Origin: a virus
Strand: one strand, 5' to 3'
DNA length: 64,000 nucleotides
Virus record (IMG/VR): IMGVR_UViG_3300025881_000985
Coordinates: 130,557-194,556 of that record
Made by a program: the position numbers and the translations under genes. Position 1 is the first letter of the stretch, and each line of letters begins with the position of its first letter. The notes below the pieces were generated by a model. The model searched no databases. It worked only from the letters and a program-made list of their open reading frames with translations, and was not told the origin of the DNA. Below, in pieces: positions 1 through 8,763 of this stretch.

Positions 1-250
1 TAAGAACTTGATCTACTAGGTCAGATTTCTTAAGTCTTCTGTCTAGTTCATGATCCCATTCTTTACGAGCTAGGTCTTCAAGTTGAACTTTTGTAAGTTT
101 GGTCAACGAAGCCTTTGTATGTTTAACTGCCTTCGAAGCTTTCTTTTCCATTAACGAAAATGAGCCTTCTGCACCAACTACTGTGGCAACTTCTTCGGCC
201 TGCTTCTTTATCTTTGAAGGGCTAAACCAACTCATAATTGATTTAAACAT
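1..250 (-). CDS. Small protein with Rho_N/HeH-like helical motif, runs off the window edge (partial)
   Basis: Manual translation from ATG at 250: MFKSIMSWFSPSK...LTKLTKVQLEDLARKEWDHELDRRLKKSDLVDQVL. AGGAG SD at 258-262. Open to position 1. Not in the ORF track. Confidence 0.6.
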   Translation of the reverse strand, partial: MFKSIMSWFSPSKIKKQAEEVATVVGAEGSFSLMEKKASKAVKHTKASLTKLTKVQLEDLARKEWDHELDRRLKKSDLVDQVL

Positions 251-277
251 GTTTAGTCTCCTTTAAGGTTACGATTG

Positions 278-285
278 TATTTATA
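278..285 (-). promoter_or_regulatory. T4-type late promoter TATAAATA
   Basis: Exact T4 gp55 consensus 27 nt upstream of the ATG at 250. Confidence 0.55.
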
Positions 286-306
286 AGGTAGTTAGAGCTA
301 ATCGTA

Positions 307-334
307 GAAAAAGGTGCCCTGGAGCACCTTTTTC
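307..334. terminator. Intrinsic terminator, probably bidirectional
   Basis: GAAAAAGGTGC-cctgga-GCACCTTTTTC perfect 11-bp stem with A/T tracts, just downstream of the dctP-like stop. Confidence 0.75.
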
Positions 335-358
335 AATTTTAAGATATTGAAACTTAAA

Positions 359-1327
359 TTAAGCTTCTTTAATCTTGTTAACTAGTCCGTCTGCGAACAT
401 ATGATCTAGTGTGTCGTATACACTTTCAGTTTTTGCACGGAAGTCTTCCATGTCAGCTTGTGAAAGATAAACAACGTCAACATTGTCTGACTCAAGGCGT
501 GCCTTGTTCTTTTCAATGTCTAGTAGAGCTTCGCGACGCTCTTCTAAAGCGGCTTCTTGTGCGGCTTCTAGGAAAGCTTCTTTTAGCTCTGCATCAAATG
601 ATGCCCAAAGATCCTTATTAATTAACACTGTGGTTAAGAATAAGCTATGCTCTGTATTAATAACAGCCTTTGCAGTTTTGCTTGGCTGAATTGTTTGCTC
701 AGAACCATATAAACGTGGGTATGTGCTTTCGCCAGCTACGATACGACCATCTCCGATAGCCGCTCCGATTTCTTCAATTAGAAGATCGCCAACAACGTCA
801 CAACCTAAGACTTTGAAAGTTTCTTTGGAAACTTCAGAGCCGGTACGTACTTTTTCTCCAGCTAGTTCAGAAAGGTTTTCAATTTTCTTACTAGAAGGTA
901 GTACGCGGAAACCACCGGAGTAGGTAAAGCATAATGGCTGAGCATTGGTTTTGGATGCAAAGCCGTCACGTAGATTGTCACCAATCTCGCCATCTAGTAC
1001 GCGAGCAACATGATCGTGATCATTAAACAAGAAAGGCATGTCTAATGCTAGTAGATCTTTGTGGTACTGGCTACCTAGTGTAGTGGTATAAAGCTGAGTC
1101 ATTTCTAGCTGACCTTCTTCAAGGTGCTTCATTAACTCATAGCGATATTGTGTGTTAACTTGGTCAATATTATGATATTTCTTGGCATACTCGTCGCATG
1201 ATAGAATTTCAATATTAATTGCGCCATCTGTCTTTTCACTGATTACTCTAGCGAAACGATTAGCGGCACGAATGAATATCTCAATTGGTTCATGTGCTAG
1301 TACCCAACGAAGTGTTCTTTTTTCCAT
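359..1327 (-). CDS. dctP: TRAP transporter substrate-binding protein (DctP family), no signal peptide
   Basis: Motifs LDMPFLFND..H..RVLDG.IG, GGFRV, L.GEKVR, H.L..T.VLIN...W. Start moved to ATG 1327 (GGGAGA SD at 1337-1342). Confidence 0.85.
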   Translation of the reverse strand: MEKRTLRWVLAHEPIEIFIRAANRFARVISEKTDGAINIEILSCDEYAKKYHNIDQVNTQYRYELMKHLEEGQLEMTQLYTTTLGSQYHKDLLALDMPFLFNDHDHVARVLDGEIGDNLRDGFASKTNAQPLCFTYSGGFRVLPSSKKIENLSELAGEKVRTGSEVSKETFKVLGCDVVGDLLIEEIGAAIGDGRIVAGESTYPRLYGSEQTIQPSKTAKAVINTEHSLFLTTVLINKDLWASFDAELKEAFLEAAQEAALEERREALLDIEKNKARLESDNVDVVYLSQADMEDFRAKTESVYDTLDHMFADGLVNKIKEA

Positions 1328-1411
1328 TTTAAATATTCTCCCGGGAATGTTAAAGATAAGCAATGTAATAACTCGATTTGGTACCATTGCTATTACTGTG
1401 CTTAGTAATAT

Positions 1412-1419
1412 TATTTATG
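1412..1419 (-). promoter_or_regulatory. Candidate late promoter CATAAATA (second copy at 1500-1507)
   Basis: Same ATAAATA core found upstream of structural genes. Confidence 0.45.
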
Positions 1420-1569
1420 CTAGAAGCAGATTTAGATACTTTTTAACTAGTATATTAAAAGGCCTTGTAATGATGGGGATCTGCTCTTTCAACTACATTT
1501 ATTTATGGATAAAATATCAAAAAAATGTAATTTTTTTAGGTTTTCAATGATTTCAATAGGTTAGCACCC

Positions 1570-1585
1570 CATAAAAAGGTTGACC
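1570..1585 (+). repeat. 16-bp exact direct repeat CATAAAAAGGTTGACC (second copy 2339-2354)
   Basis: Read directly. A variant CATAAAACGGTTGAC lies at 5313-5327. Confidence 0.85.
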
Positions 1586-1608
1586 TTTTGGGAAAGATGC
1601 CGTATACT
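1580..1608 (+). promoter_or_regulatory. sigma70-type early promoter
   Basis: TTGACC-17 bp-TATACT, AGGAG SD, ATG 1639. Confidence 0.8.
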
Positions 1609-1638
1609 GTATACATAATAAGGAATTAGGAGCAAGAC

Positions 1639-1983
1639 ATGAAATACCAAATTCACCAAGTGCAACTTACAGACGCTGAAGTAGATAAGATCAACGCCGA
1701 AGGGCACGATGCGGTAGAGCGTCATGCAATGAAGTTGAAGATGTCCTTTAGCGAAGATGCTGGTGGAATTGCTAGCCGCATGTATGGTCAGGGCTTTTAT
1801 GATCACGTTGCTAACATTACTGCTGATAGCCTCGAGGGTGTGTTCCATACAGGTAACATGGGTCCTGAGGAGAACATCGAGCGTTTGGCGCAGATGAGCA
1901 GTGTTAGCGTTGGTGACTTAGTTATTGCTGAGAACGGTGATAAGCATGTAGTTGCTAGTTTTGGTTTTAAGGAGGTATTCTAA
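1639..1983 (+). CDS. YodL-like domain protein
   Basis: 114 aa. FHTGN...SSVSVGDLV resembles the YodL S.SVGDVV motif. Strong SD. Confidence 0.55.
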   Translation: MKYQIHQVQLTDAEVDKINAEGHDAVERHAMKLKMSFSEDAGGIASRMYGQGFYDHVANITADSLEGVFHTGNMGPEENIERLAQMSSVSVGDLVIAENGDKHVVASFGFKEVF

Positions 1984-1984
1984 A

Positions 1985-2158
1985 ATGACTGTATACGAGC
2001 TGATTGATTTTCTTCAGGGTGCCAATCCCTTGGCCGAAGTATTCATTGAGACGTACTCATGCGGTGAAACGTTTCGTGAACCTCTAACTGGCGAATGGTT
2101 GGAATTTCACGATATTGATGACAAACGAGCTGTTGTAATTGACGCGGCCATCAACTAA
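1985..2158 (+). CDS. Hypothetical protein (57 aa)
   Basis: AGGAGG SD, ATG one nt after the upstream stop. Confidence 0.6.
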   Translation: MTVYELIDFLQGANPLAEVFIETYSCGETFREPLTGEWLEFHDIDDKRAVVIDAAIN

Positions 2159-2187
2159 CATCAACGAACACAAATAGAGGATTTGAC

Positions 2188-2343
2188 ATGTATTATTATA
2201 ATGTTTATGCTGGCACCAAACATATTAATTTAGTTCGTGCAATTAGCGAACAAGATGCTATTAATCAGGTGTACATGAAGTTTGGTGGTGCTAGTAGATA
2301 CACAGGATATAGTGCCGATAATTTTGTTGCAATCCGAGCATAA
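2188..2343 (+). CDS. Small hypothetical protein (51 aa), not in ORF track
   Basis: MYYYNVYAGTKHINLVRAISEQDAINQVYMKFGGASRYTGYSADNFVAIRA. GAGG SD. Fills the gap exactly. Confidence 0.6.
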   Translation: MYYYNVYAGTKHINLVRAISEQDAINQVYMKFGGASRYTGYSADNFVAIRA

Positions 2344-2348
2344 AAAGG

Positions 2349-2378
2349 TTGACCCTAAGGACCTTTTAGTGTTATAAT
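2349..2378 (+). promoter_or_regulatory. sigma70-type early promoter with extended -10
   Basis: TTGACC-18 bp-TATAAT preceded by TGn. Confidence 0.8.
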
Positions 2379-2413
2379 AAGTTATAGTTAAACAACTTGA
2401 GGTAATTATTAAA

Positions 2414-2662
2414 ATGTCTACATACACCACACAACAACAACTTTTTCTGTTCCTAGGCGAGATTACCATTAACCCTAACGTTCCTGCAAGTGTGCAAGAG
2501 GACGCCCTAGCGTTACAAGCAAAAATGGGAGATTATGCTAGTATGCAACTGCCTTACCACCCCAGCGAGGAGGAATTTGTAGCAGTTTATACTAACACAG
2601 CAAAAAAGCACCCCTGTGCTACTCTTAATCCCAAGCAATACATGTACACACACAAGGATTAA
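2414..2662 (+). CDS. Hypothetical protein (82 aa)
   Basis: Directly behind promoter 2349-2378, GAGG SD. Confidence 0.6.
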   Translation: MSTYTTQQQLFLFLGEITINPNVPASVQEDALALQAKMGDYASMQLPYHPSEEEFVAVYTNTAKKHPCATLNPKQYMYTHKD

Positions 2663-2709
2663 AATCCACTTGTTGACTAAATTAATTTGATATTTTGGCA
2701 AGAAAATGG

Positions 2710-2738
2710 TTGACATATTACATTTTATCGTGTACTAT
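2710..2738 (+). promoter_or_regulatory. sigma70-type early promoter
   Basis: TTGACA-17 bp-TACTAT. Confidence 0.75.
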
Positions 2739-2791
2739 GTATATATAAGCTAAAAAATTAGCTATTAACAGATAGAAAGGCCCGTGACGCT

Positions 2792-3901
2792 ATGACTACT
2801 ATTACTACTGAAAGAACTGTTACTGTACGAGACGCAAAGACTCGTTTACTTCGTTGCTTTAAAAAACAACGTCCTGTATTTTTATGGGGACCTCCGGGTG
2901 TTGGCAAATCTGAGGTTGTTAATGACCTTACTACCGAACTTGGTGGGTTTATGATTGATCTTCGTTTAGGTCAAATGGATCCTACAGATATTCGAGGTAT
3001 TCCATACTTCAACAAAGAACTTGGTGTAATGGATTGGGCACCGCCAATTGATCTTCCTACTGAAGAGATGGCCGCTGAGTACCCAATGGTTACTTTGTTC
3101 TTAGACGAAATGAACAGTGCCGCACCGGCTGTACAAGCCGCTGGTTATCAGCTAATTCTTAACAGACGAATTGGCAAGTACAAATTGCCCGACAACGTTG
3201 TGATTGTTGCCGCAGGTAACCGTGAAAGTGATAAAGGTGTTACTTACAGAATGCCTAGCCCACTTGCTAATCGTTTTGTACACCTTGAAGTCCGTCCAGA
3301 ATTTGAAAGCTGGTTGGAGTGGGCAGTAAACAAGAAGATCCACAAAGATGTGGTTGGTTACTTGTCTTTTGCTAAATCAGACTTGTTTGATTTTGATCCT
3401 AAGAGCCCAAGCAGAGCTTTTGCTACACCACGTACCTGGACTTTTATGTCAGATCTTCTTGAAGACGAAGATATTGGTGTTGACGAACTTGCTGACTTAG
3501 CATCTGGTACTATTGGTGAAGGGCTCGCTATTAGGTTCATGGCTCACCGTAAGGTTGCTAAAGATATGCCTAACCCAGAAGATATTCTTTCTGGCAAGGT
3601 TAAAACAATGAAGGTTACTGAAGTTTCAGCAATGTATGCTTTGGTTACTGGAATGTGCTACGAACTGCAAGAGCAGTTTAAGAAGCCTGAGACCAAAACA
3701 GATATGACTGAGTGGCACAAAATGGCTGATAACTTCCTTCGCTTTATGATGGACAACTTCACTACTGAGTTGGTTGTTATGGGTGCAAAGGTTTCGTTGG
3801 CTACTTACAACCTTCCGTTAATTCCTGGAAAGCTCAAGAACTTTAACGAGTTCCACGAAAGTTATGGCAAGTACATAACGAATGCGAGTGCCAAAAACTA
3901 A
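2792..3901 (+). CDS. MoxR/dynein-related AAA+ ATPase
   Basis: Walker A GPPGVGKS, Walker B LFLDE, sensor AAGN, Arg finger LANRF. Confidence 0.9.
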   Translation: MTTITTERTVTVRDAKTRLLRCFKKQRPVFLWGPPGVGKSEVVNDLTTELGGFMIDLRLGQMDPTDIRGIPYFNKELGVMDWAPPIDLPTEEMAAEYPMVTLFLDEMNSAAPAVQAAGYQLILNRRIGKYKLPDNVVIVAAGNRESDKGVTYRMPSPLANRFVHLEVRPEFESWLEWAVNKKIHKDVVGYLSFAKSDLFDFDPKSPSRAFATPRTWTFMSDLLEDEDIGVDELADLASGTIGEGLAIRFMAHRKVAKDMPNPEDILSGKVKTMKVTEVSAMYALVTGMCYELQEQFKKPETKTDMTEWHKMADNFLRFMMDNFTTELVVMGAKVSLATYNLPLIPGKLKNFNEFHESYGKYITNASAKN

Positions 3902-3985
3902 CTGAATCGCTGTCACGGGCGGTATGGGGGCAGGTTTTATCCGTAAGACCCCCACTTTATTACCGTTGATATCGACACTTTTTGG

Positions 3986-4014
3986 TTGACATTTGGTAAA
4001 AGATGTTATATAAT
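3986..4014 (+). promoter_or_regulatory. sigma70-type early promoter
   Basis: Perfect TTGACA-17 bp-TATAAT. Confidence 0.85.
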
Positions 4015-4045
4015 GTATATAACAATTAGGAATTAGGAGTTTTTT

Positions 4046-5317
4046 ATGTCTCAGGCAAGTTCAACATTAGCAGAAAAATCTAAAGAAAAAACTGTTACAG
4101 ATCCTGTTGCAGATAATAAAGCCAGAGAGATGCTGATTACTGCTCGTGTTGGTTTGTTGCTTAAGGCACCATTCTTTGGTAACATTGCTACTAGAATGGA
4201 TTTGATTAATGCAGACGATTGGTGCCCGACAGCGGCAACAGATGGCCGTCGTTTTTATTATAATTCCGCTTTTGTTAATTCACTTCCGTTGCGTCAGCTA
4301 GAGTTCTTAGTAGGACACGAAGTATTACATGCGGTATATGATCACTGTGGTAGACGTATTGACCGTGATCCTAAGATATGGAATATTGCCGCTGACTATT
4401 GTGTGAACTCAGATCTATTAGAACAAAAAGTTGGTGAACGTATTACTGTGGTGCCAATTTTGTTTGCTCACAAATACGTTGGTTGGGCATGTGAAGGTGT
4501 ATATGATGACCTTATTGAAAACTCATCTGAAGAGCAACTAAGCGAATTACTTCAGCAGGTACTTGACGAACACCTTGATGGTGATGATGGTATGGGTTCT
4601 GAAACTGATTCAAAGGATGGCAAAGGTCGTCCTACAATGTCAGATGCTGAACGTAGACAGATACGTGATGACATTAAAGAGGCTGTTCTTAATGCGGCTG
4701 AAACTGTAGATGCTGGTGATTTGCCTAGTGGTGTTAAACGACTTATTCAAAATATGACTAAGCCAGTTATCCGTTGGCAGGATCTCATTGAGCAACAGAT
4801 ACAGAGTGTTATCCGCAATGATTTTTCATTCTCGAGAATCAGCCGTAAGGGTTGGCACAACGATGCAATTATGCCAGGTATGATTCCTGGAGAGCAGATT
4901 GATGTTTGTATTGCTTTTGATATGAGTGGGTCAATTGGAGTAGAAGATGCGAGTGCCTTCCTAAGTGAGGTACAAGGTATTATGGAACAGTACACAGAAT
5001 ACAATATTCGTATTTGGAGTTTTGATACTGCCGTATACAATGAGCAGATGTTTACAAGCGACAATATGAGAGATATTACTGAATATGAGCCACAAGGTGG
5101 TGGTGGTACCGACTTTATGTGTAACTGGGAATATATGAAAGAACAAGGGATTGAACCCAAAAAATTCATTATGTTTACAGATGGTATGCCATGGGATAGT
5201 TGGGGTGATGAACACTATTGTGATACAGTATTCATTATCAAAGGCAACGAAGATGTACAACCACCATTTGGTATTTGGGCTAGTTACGAAAAAGAAGTTA
5301 GTAAACAAGCGGCATAA
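4046..5317 (+). CDS. Metallopeptidase-like (HExxH) plus vWA domain protein, DUF2201-like MoxR partner
   Basis: TAATDG, HEVLH, WNIAADY in the N-terminal half. MIDAS DMSGS, GGGGTDF, FTDG in the C-terminal half. Confidence 0.85.
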   Translation: MSQASSTLAEKSKEKTVTDPVADNKAREMLITARVGLLLKAPFFGNIATRMDLINADDWCPTAATDGRRFYYNSAFVNSLPLRQLEFLVGHEVLHAVYDHCGRRIDRDPKIWNIAADYCVNSDLLEQKVGERITVVPILFAHKYVGWACEGVYDDLIENSSEEQLSELLQQVLDEHLDGDDGMGSETDSKDGKGRPTMSDAERRQIRDDIKEAVLNAAETVDAGDLPSGVKRLIQNMTKPVIRWQDLIEQQIQSVIRNDFSFSRISRKGWHNDAIMPGMIPGEQIDVCIAFDMSGSIGVEDASAFLSEVQGIMEQYTEYNIRIWSFDTAVYNEQMFTSDNMRDITEYEPQGGGGTDFMCNWEYMKEQGIEPKKFIMFTDGMPWDSWGDEHYCDTVFIIKGNEDVQPPFGIWASYEKEVSKQAA

Positions 5318-5322
5318 AACGG

Positions 5323-5351
5323 TTGACTTTTCTTAAGAACTATCGTATACT
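5323..5351 (+). promoter_or_regulatory. sigma70-type early promoter
   Basis: TTGACT-17 bp-TATACT. Confidence 0.75.
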
Positions 5352-5380
5352 ACAAGTATAATAAGGAATTGGAGAAGCTC

Positions 5381-6238
5381 GTGATTACGAAAACCTTAAA
5401 ATTAATTGCAGTAGCTGGTTTACTAGCTGGAACTTCAGCATGTAATTCAGCTACACTTAGTACCGTTTATGAAGGTACTCACAAGGACCTTAGTTATAAG
5501 AGTTCACAGGCATATGGAATTGGAAACAGGATTTTCAAGCCTGCTAATTTTAACGGTGGAGCAGTATTGTTTCTTCCTAGTTGTACTGGTGTACAACATT
5601 TTAATTCAACAGACATTAAACGTAACTGGATTGATCCGTTATTGGAGCAAGGTTACGTAGTTGCCGTTACTGATTACAACGAAGGTCGTAGTGCAAGCCG
5701 TCCTTGGAACTGTGGTAAGAATAAACATCTATCACATGATCGTTTAGTACGTGATGTATACAACGGTGTGCAGGCTCTTGCTGAAGTGCCAGGTGTAAAC
5801 AAAAATCAAATCTTTACCATTGGAACCAGCCTAGGTGGACAGATTGGTGCCGCGGCAATTGATGGTCATGTTATTGACAAAGCCGAAAAGCAGGGTCTTG
5901 CTACTCCAAGAGCTCATGTAAGTTTGTATGCAGGTTGTGCTTACCCAAGCCAAACTTATCTTGATAGCAGTATTAAACGTCCGGTACTTTGGATGTCTGG
6001 AAGTGATGACGTTGAAGTTGGCGAAGGATGTAGCAGTTGGTTATATAGTAGTATCACAAAGAAGTTGCCTGAGAGCAAGTTTATTGAGTATGATGCAACT
6101 CACTGTTGGGATTGCCAACAACTAAATGGTTTTAGCAAAAACACTTACTACGGACATCAAGTTTATACATACAACGAAGATGTAACTGCAAAAAGCCAAG
6201 ACGAAACTTTTAAATTTATTGATAGGTTTATGAAATGA
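5381..6238 (+). CDS. Dienelactone-hydrolase-like alpha/beta hydrolase, probable lipoprotein
   Basis: GTSLGG nucleophile elbow, candidate Asp (GSDD) and His (ATHCW). Signal MITKTLKLIAVAGLLAGTSA|C. GTG start 6 nt after GGAG. Confidence 0.7.
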   Translation: MITKTLKLIAVAGLLAGTSACNSATLSTVYEGTHKDLSYKSSQAYGIGNRIFKPANFNGGAVLFLPSCTGVQHFNSTDIKRNWIDPLLEQGYVVAVTDYNEGRSASRPWNCGKNKHLSHDRLVRDVYNGVQALAEVPGVNKNQIFTIGTSLGGQIGAAAIDGHVIDKAEKQGLATPRAHVSLYAGCAYPSQTYLDSSIKRPVLWMSGSDDVEVGEGCSSWLYSSITKKLPESKFIEYDATHCWDCQQLNGFSKNTYYGHQVYTYNEDVTAKSQDETFKFIDRFMK

Positions 6239-6549
6239 CAGCAATGGATCCAGAAACAACAAAAGAAGAAATTGATATTGGCCCCAAGTGGGCCAATATT
6301 CCTGAAGATTTAGAGAGTGCCATCGAACGAATTAAAAGACTTGAATGGGTACTTTCTGATCTAAGTCGTAGTGTTGAAATTGCAATAGCAATGGACAGGC
6401 CCGAGTTAATGAATGAGTTCATAGTTACTGCAAACAAAGAACTTGAAACTAAAATTGATCAGATTCACAATGACGATCAACAGCCTATTAAAATTGTTCG
6501 TGTAGTAGACGACGTCAGTGATAAGGAAGAAAAAGATGCTAAAGTTTAA
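6235..6549 (+). CDS. Hypothetical protein
   Basis: ATGA overlap with the upstream gene, 104 aa. Confidence 0.6.
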   Translation: MTAMDPETTKEEIDIGPKWANIPEDLESAIERIKRLEWVLSDLSRSVEIAIAMDRPELMNEFIVTANKELETKIDQIHNDDQQPIKIVRVVDDVSDKEEKDAKV

Positions 6550-6832
6550 TGAGCCAAATGCTATTGAAGTACAAGGTCTCAGACGTTTATATCATCTTCC
6601 ACCGCATTTTGACAGTGTAACATTCAATCTTTATGTACATGAAAAAGATGTTACAGATTGGATTTATGAAAACTTAAATAGTCGTTTCTATGTTGGACCT
6701 TTTGCACAAAAAGATATGCAAAATATTGGATCAAGAGAGATGACACATATAGCAGGATTTGAAGAAAATAGCGAAGCCAGTTACTTTGCTTTATTGATGG
6801 ATACGTTCAATAGTTCAAAAATTACGTACTAA
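6536..6832 (+). CDS. Hypothetical protein
   Basis: Start moved to ATG 6536 (AAGGA SD). Confidence 0.6.
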   Translation: MLKFNEPNAIEVQGLRRLYHLPPHFDSVTFNLYVHEKDVTDWIYENLNSRFYVGPFAQKDMQNIGSREMTHIAGFEENSEASYFALLMDTFNSSKITY

Positions 6833-6910
6833 CCGAAATAATATTTGGATACAGTACAAATACACGTTAAATAACAGAGTAGTTTATTCAATTAAAGGAG
6901 ACTAAAAACT

Positions 6911-7267
6911 ATGAGTGATGAAGTAGAAAACGAAGTAGTTGAAGCACCAGAGCCAGTAAGTACTGAGCCAACTCCCCCAGGCGACACACCAAGTGCCGCA
7001 GGATTAGGCGTTAGTGACTTATTGTTAATGTTGCAAACTATCCAAGTTATTGCCAGACGCGGTGGTTTTCGTGCCGATGAAATGGCAAATGTAGGCGGAC
7101 TTCATGACCGTTTACTTAACTTTCTGGAAACTAGCGGAGCAATCACCAGAGAAGCTCCTAAGACAGAAGGTACACAATCAGAAGGTTCTATCTCAGACGC
7201 ACCAGCAGAAGGCGATAATATCGCTAGTGAATTAAGTGGTGACGATGAGGAGCCAGCAGGAGAATAA
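6911..7267 (+). CDS. Acidic phage protein with helical core
   Basis: AAGGAG SD. Ordered core LGVSDLLLMLQTIQVIARRGGFRADEMANVGGLHDRLLNFL flanked by low-complexity tails. Confidence 0.7.
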   Translation: MSDEVENEVVEAPEPVSTEPTPPGDTPSAAGLGVSDLLLMLQTIQVIARRGGFRADEMANVGGLHDRLLNFLETSGAITREAPKTEGTQSEGSISDAPAEGDNIASELSGDDEEPAGE

Positions 7268-7269
7268 AA

Positions 7270-7962
7270 ATGGCAGGTTTTACAAAACACGTAGCTCAGC
7301 ATAATCAACGTAAATGTGTAGTCGCATTTAGACAAGTACCAGATGAAGCACATATGGCTCTCGTTGTATATACTGATGATTTACCAGCACAAGTACACGA
7401 TGAATTAATTAAAGCAGTTGATAGCGAGCCGGCTCAAGCCACTCCAGATCTAGCTGATGTACTTCATCGTACAACTATGTCGGACAATAGAAATTTACTA
7501 GATGTTCTACACAACGAACATCGTATTAAAAAGGTACCAACTAATCAGGTATTGTTGACTCCTAATGTTTCAACCAAGCAAAGATTAGATGAGGTTAATA
7601 CATTACTAGCAGATATTAAAGCTGGTAATGAAGCCGCACAAAAGGCCAAAGCACTAGATGAAAATCAAGGTATGGCCGCTAATCATGCAAGGGCTTATAA
7701 TAGAGGAAGAGATGTTGGTGAACCGCCAGCACCTATGGAGACAGTTGCACCGCCAGTAATTAATGCACCGGATGGTGGAGTATTATCCAATGAGGCAATC
7801 GCAACTAATTTACTGGAACAAGCCAAAGCTCATGAAACCAATGCAAAGGGATTAATGGCTGAAGCAAAGCGATTAAAAGAAGAAGCTAAAGGGCTCAATC
7901 CAAATGTCAAAAGTACCACAACCCGCAAAAAGACGACGAGGACCAAAAAGCAAACGGCTTAA
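7270..7962 (+). CDS. Hypothetical phage protein (230 aa)
   Basis: Long ORF coupled to the upstream gene, C-terminal coiled coil and basic tail. Confidence 0.7.
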   Translation: MAGFTKHVAQHNQRKCVVAFRQVPDEAHMALVVYTDDLPAQVHDELIKAVDSEPAQATPDLADVLHRTTMSDNRNLLDVLHNEHRIKKVPTNQVLLTPNVSTKQRLDEVNTLLADIKAGNEAAQKAKALDENQGMAANHARAYNRGRDVGEPPAPMETVAPPVINAPDGGVLSNEAIATNLLEQAKAHETNAKGLMAEAKRLKEEAKGLNPNVKSTTTRKKTTRTKKQTA

Positions 7963-8260
7963 GATTACCAAGAAAGACAAGTGGGAACGAATACTAAACG
8001 ATGTTGATAAAGCTCAAGTTCCAATCACTTGTTTGGAGTCGTTAGACGTTAATCTTAAAGACGGGTCTGTAGTAAGAATTGATATTCAGGAATTGCTTGA
8101 CGAAGGTCAGCTACACCCTGATGAAATTGAGCTACAAATTAATACTCGTTTATCCGATATGGAAGATATTATACGAGATGTAGATTTTTATATTAATCTC
8201 GACTCAGTTGCAAATAGTGTGCAACCATTAACAGATAAAATATTAAAGGATCTTACATGA
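7904..8260 (+). CDS. Hypothetical protein
   Basis: 118 aa, ATGA-coupled to folA. Confidence 0.6.
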   Translation: MSKVPQPAKRRRGPKSKRLKITKKDKWERILNDVDKAQVPITCLESLDVNLKDGSVVRIDIQELLDEGQLHPDEIELQINTRLSDMEDIIRDVDFYINLDSVANSVQPLTDKILKDLT

Positions 8261-8763
8261 TATCAGCATTACTAGCAGTAGATTCAAGAGGAGGAATGGG
8301 ATATAAAGGCACATTGCCTTGGTATGTTCCAGAAGACTTGCAAAAGTTTAAAGACCTCACTATGAATAATGTTGTAGTAATGGGAAGAAAGACTTGGGAC
8401 GATAAGAAGATGCCCAAGCCATTGGTAAACCGAACTTGTTACGTAGTAACTTCTCGCCCTGATACACTAGGTGATCATGCTTTACCAATTAACGGAACTA
8501 ACCTTGAGAAGTCCATATTAGATTTAGAATTCAAACATCAAGATAAAAAAATATATGTTATTGGTGGACCTAAAATAATCATGCAGGTTCATAATATATT
8601 AGATCAAATACACATCACTCAAATTCAAGGTCAATTTAAAACTGATGTTAGAATCAATGTTGACAATTTAGTAACTCGTGATTTTATTCCAAGAAGCAGT
8701 TCATCAGGGCCAGACCAAAAAGCGACATTTATACGTTATGAAAAATTATTTAAACGCCATTAA
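8257..8763 (+). CDS. folA: Dihydrofolate reductase
   Basis: G.LPW.VPEDL..FK..T, VMGRKTW, KPL..R, IGG motifs. Confidence 0.92.
   Translation: MISALLAVDSRGGMGYKGTLPWYVPEDLQKFKDLTMNNVVVMGRKTWDDKKMPKPLVNRTCYVVTSRPDTLGDHALPINGTNLEKSILDLEFKHQDKKIYVIGGPKIIMQVHNILDQIHITQIQGQFKTDVRINVDNLVTRDFIPRSSSSGPDQKATFIRYEKLFKRH

Noticed and set aside
6275-6299. Perfect 10-bp hairpin ATATTGGCCC-caagt-GGGCCAATAT
   Set aside because: Inside a CDS, no U-tract, and roughly one such stem is expected by chance in 64 kb
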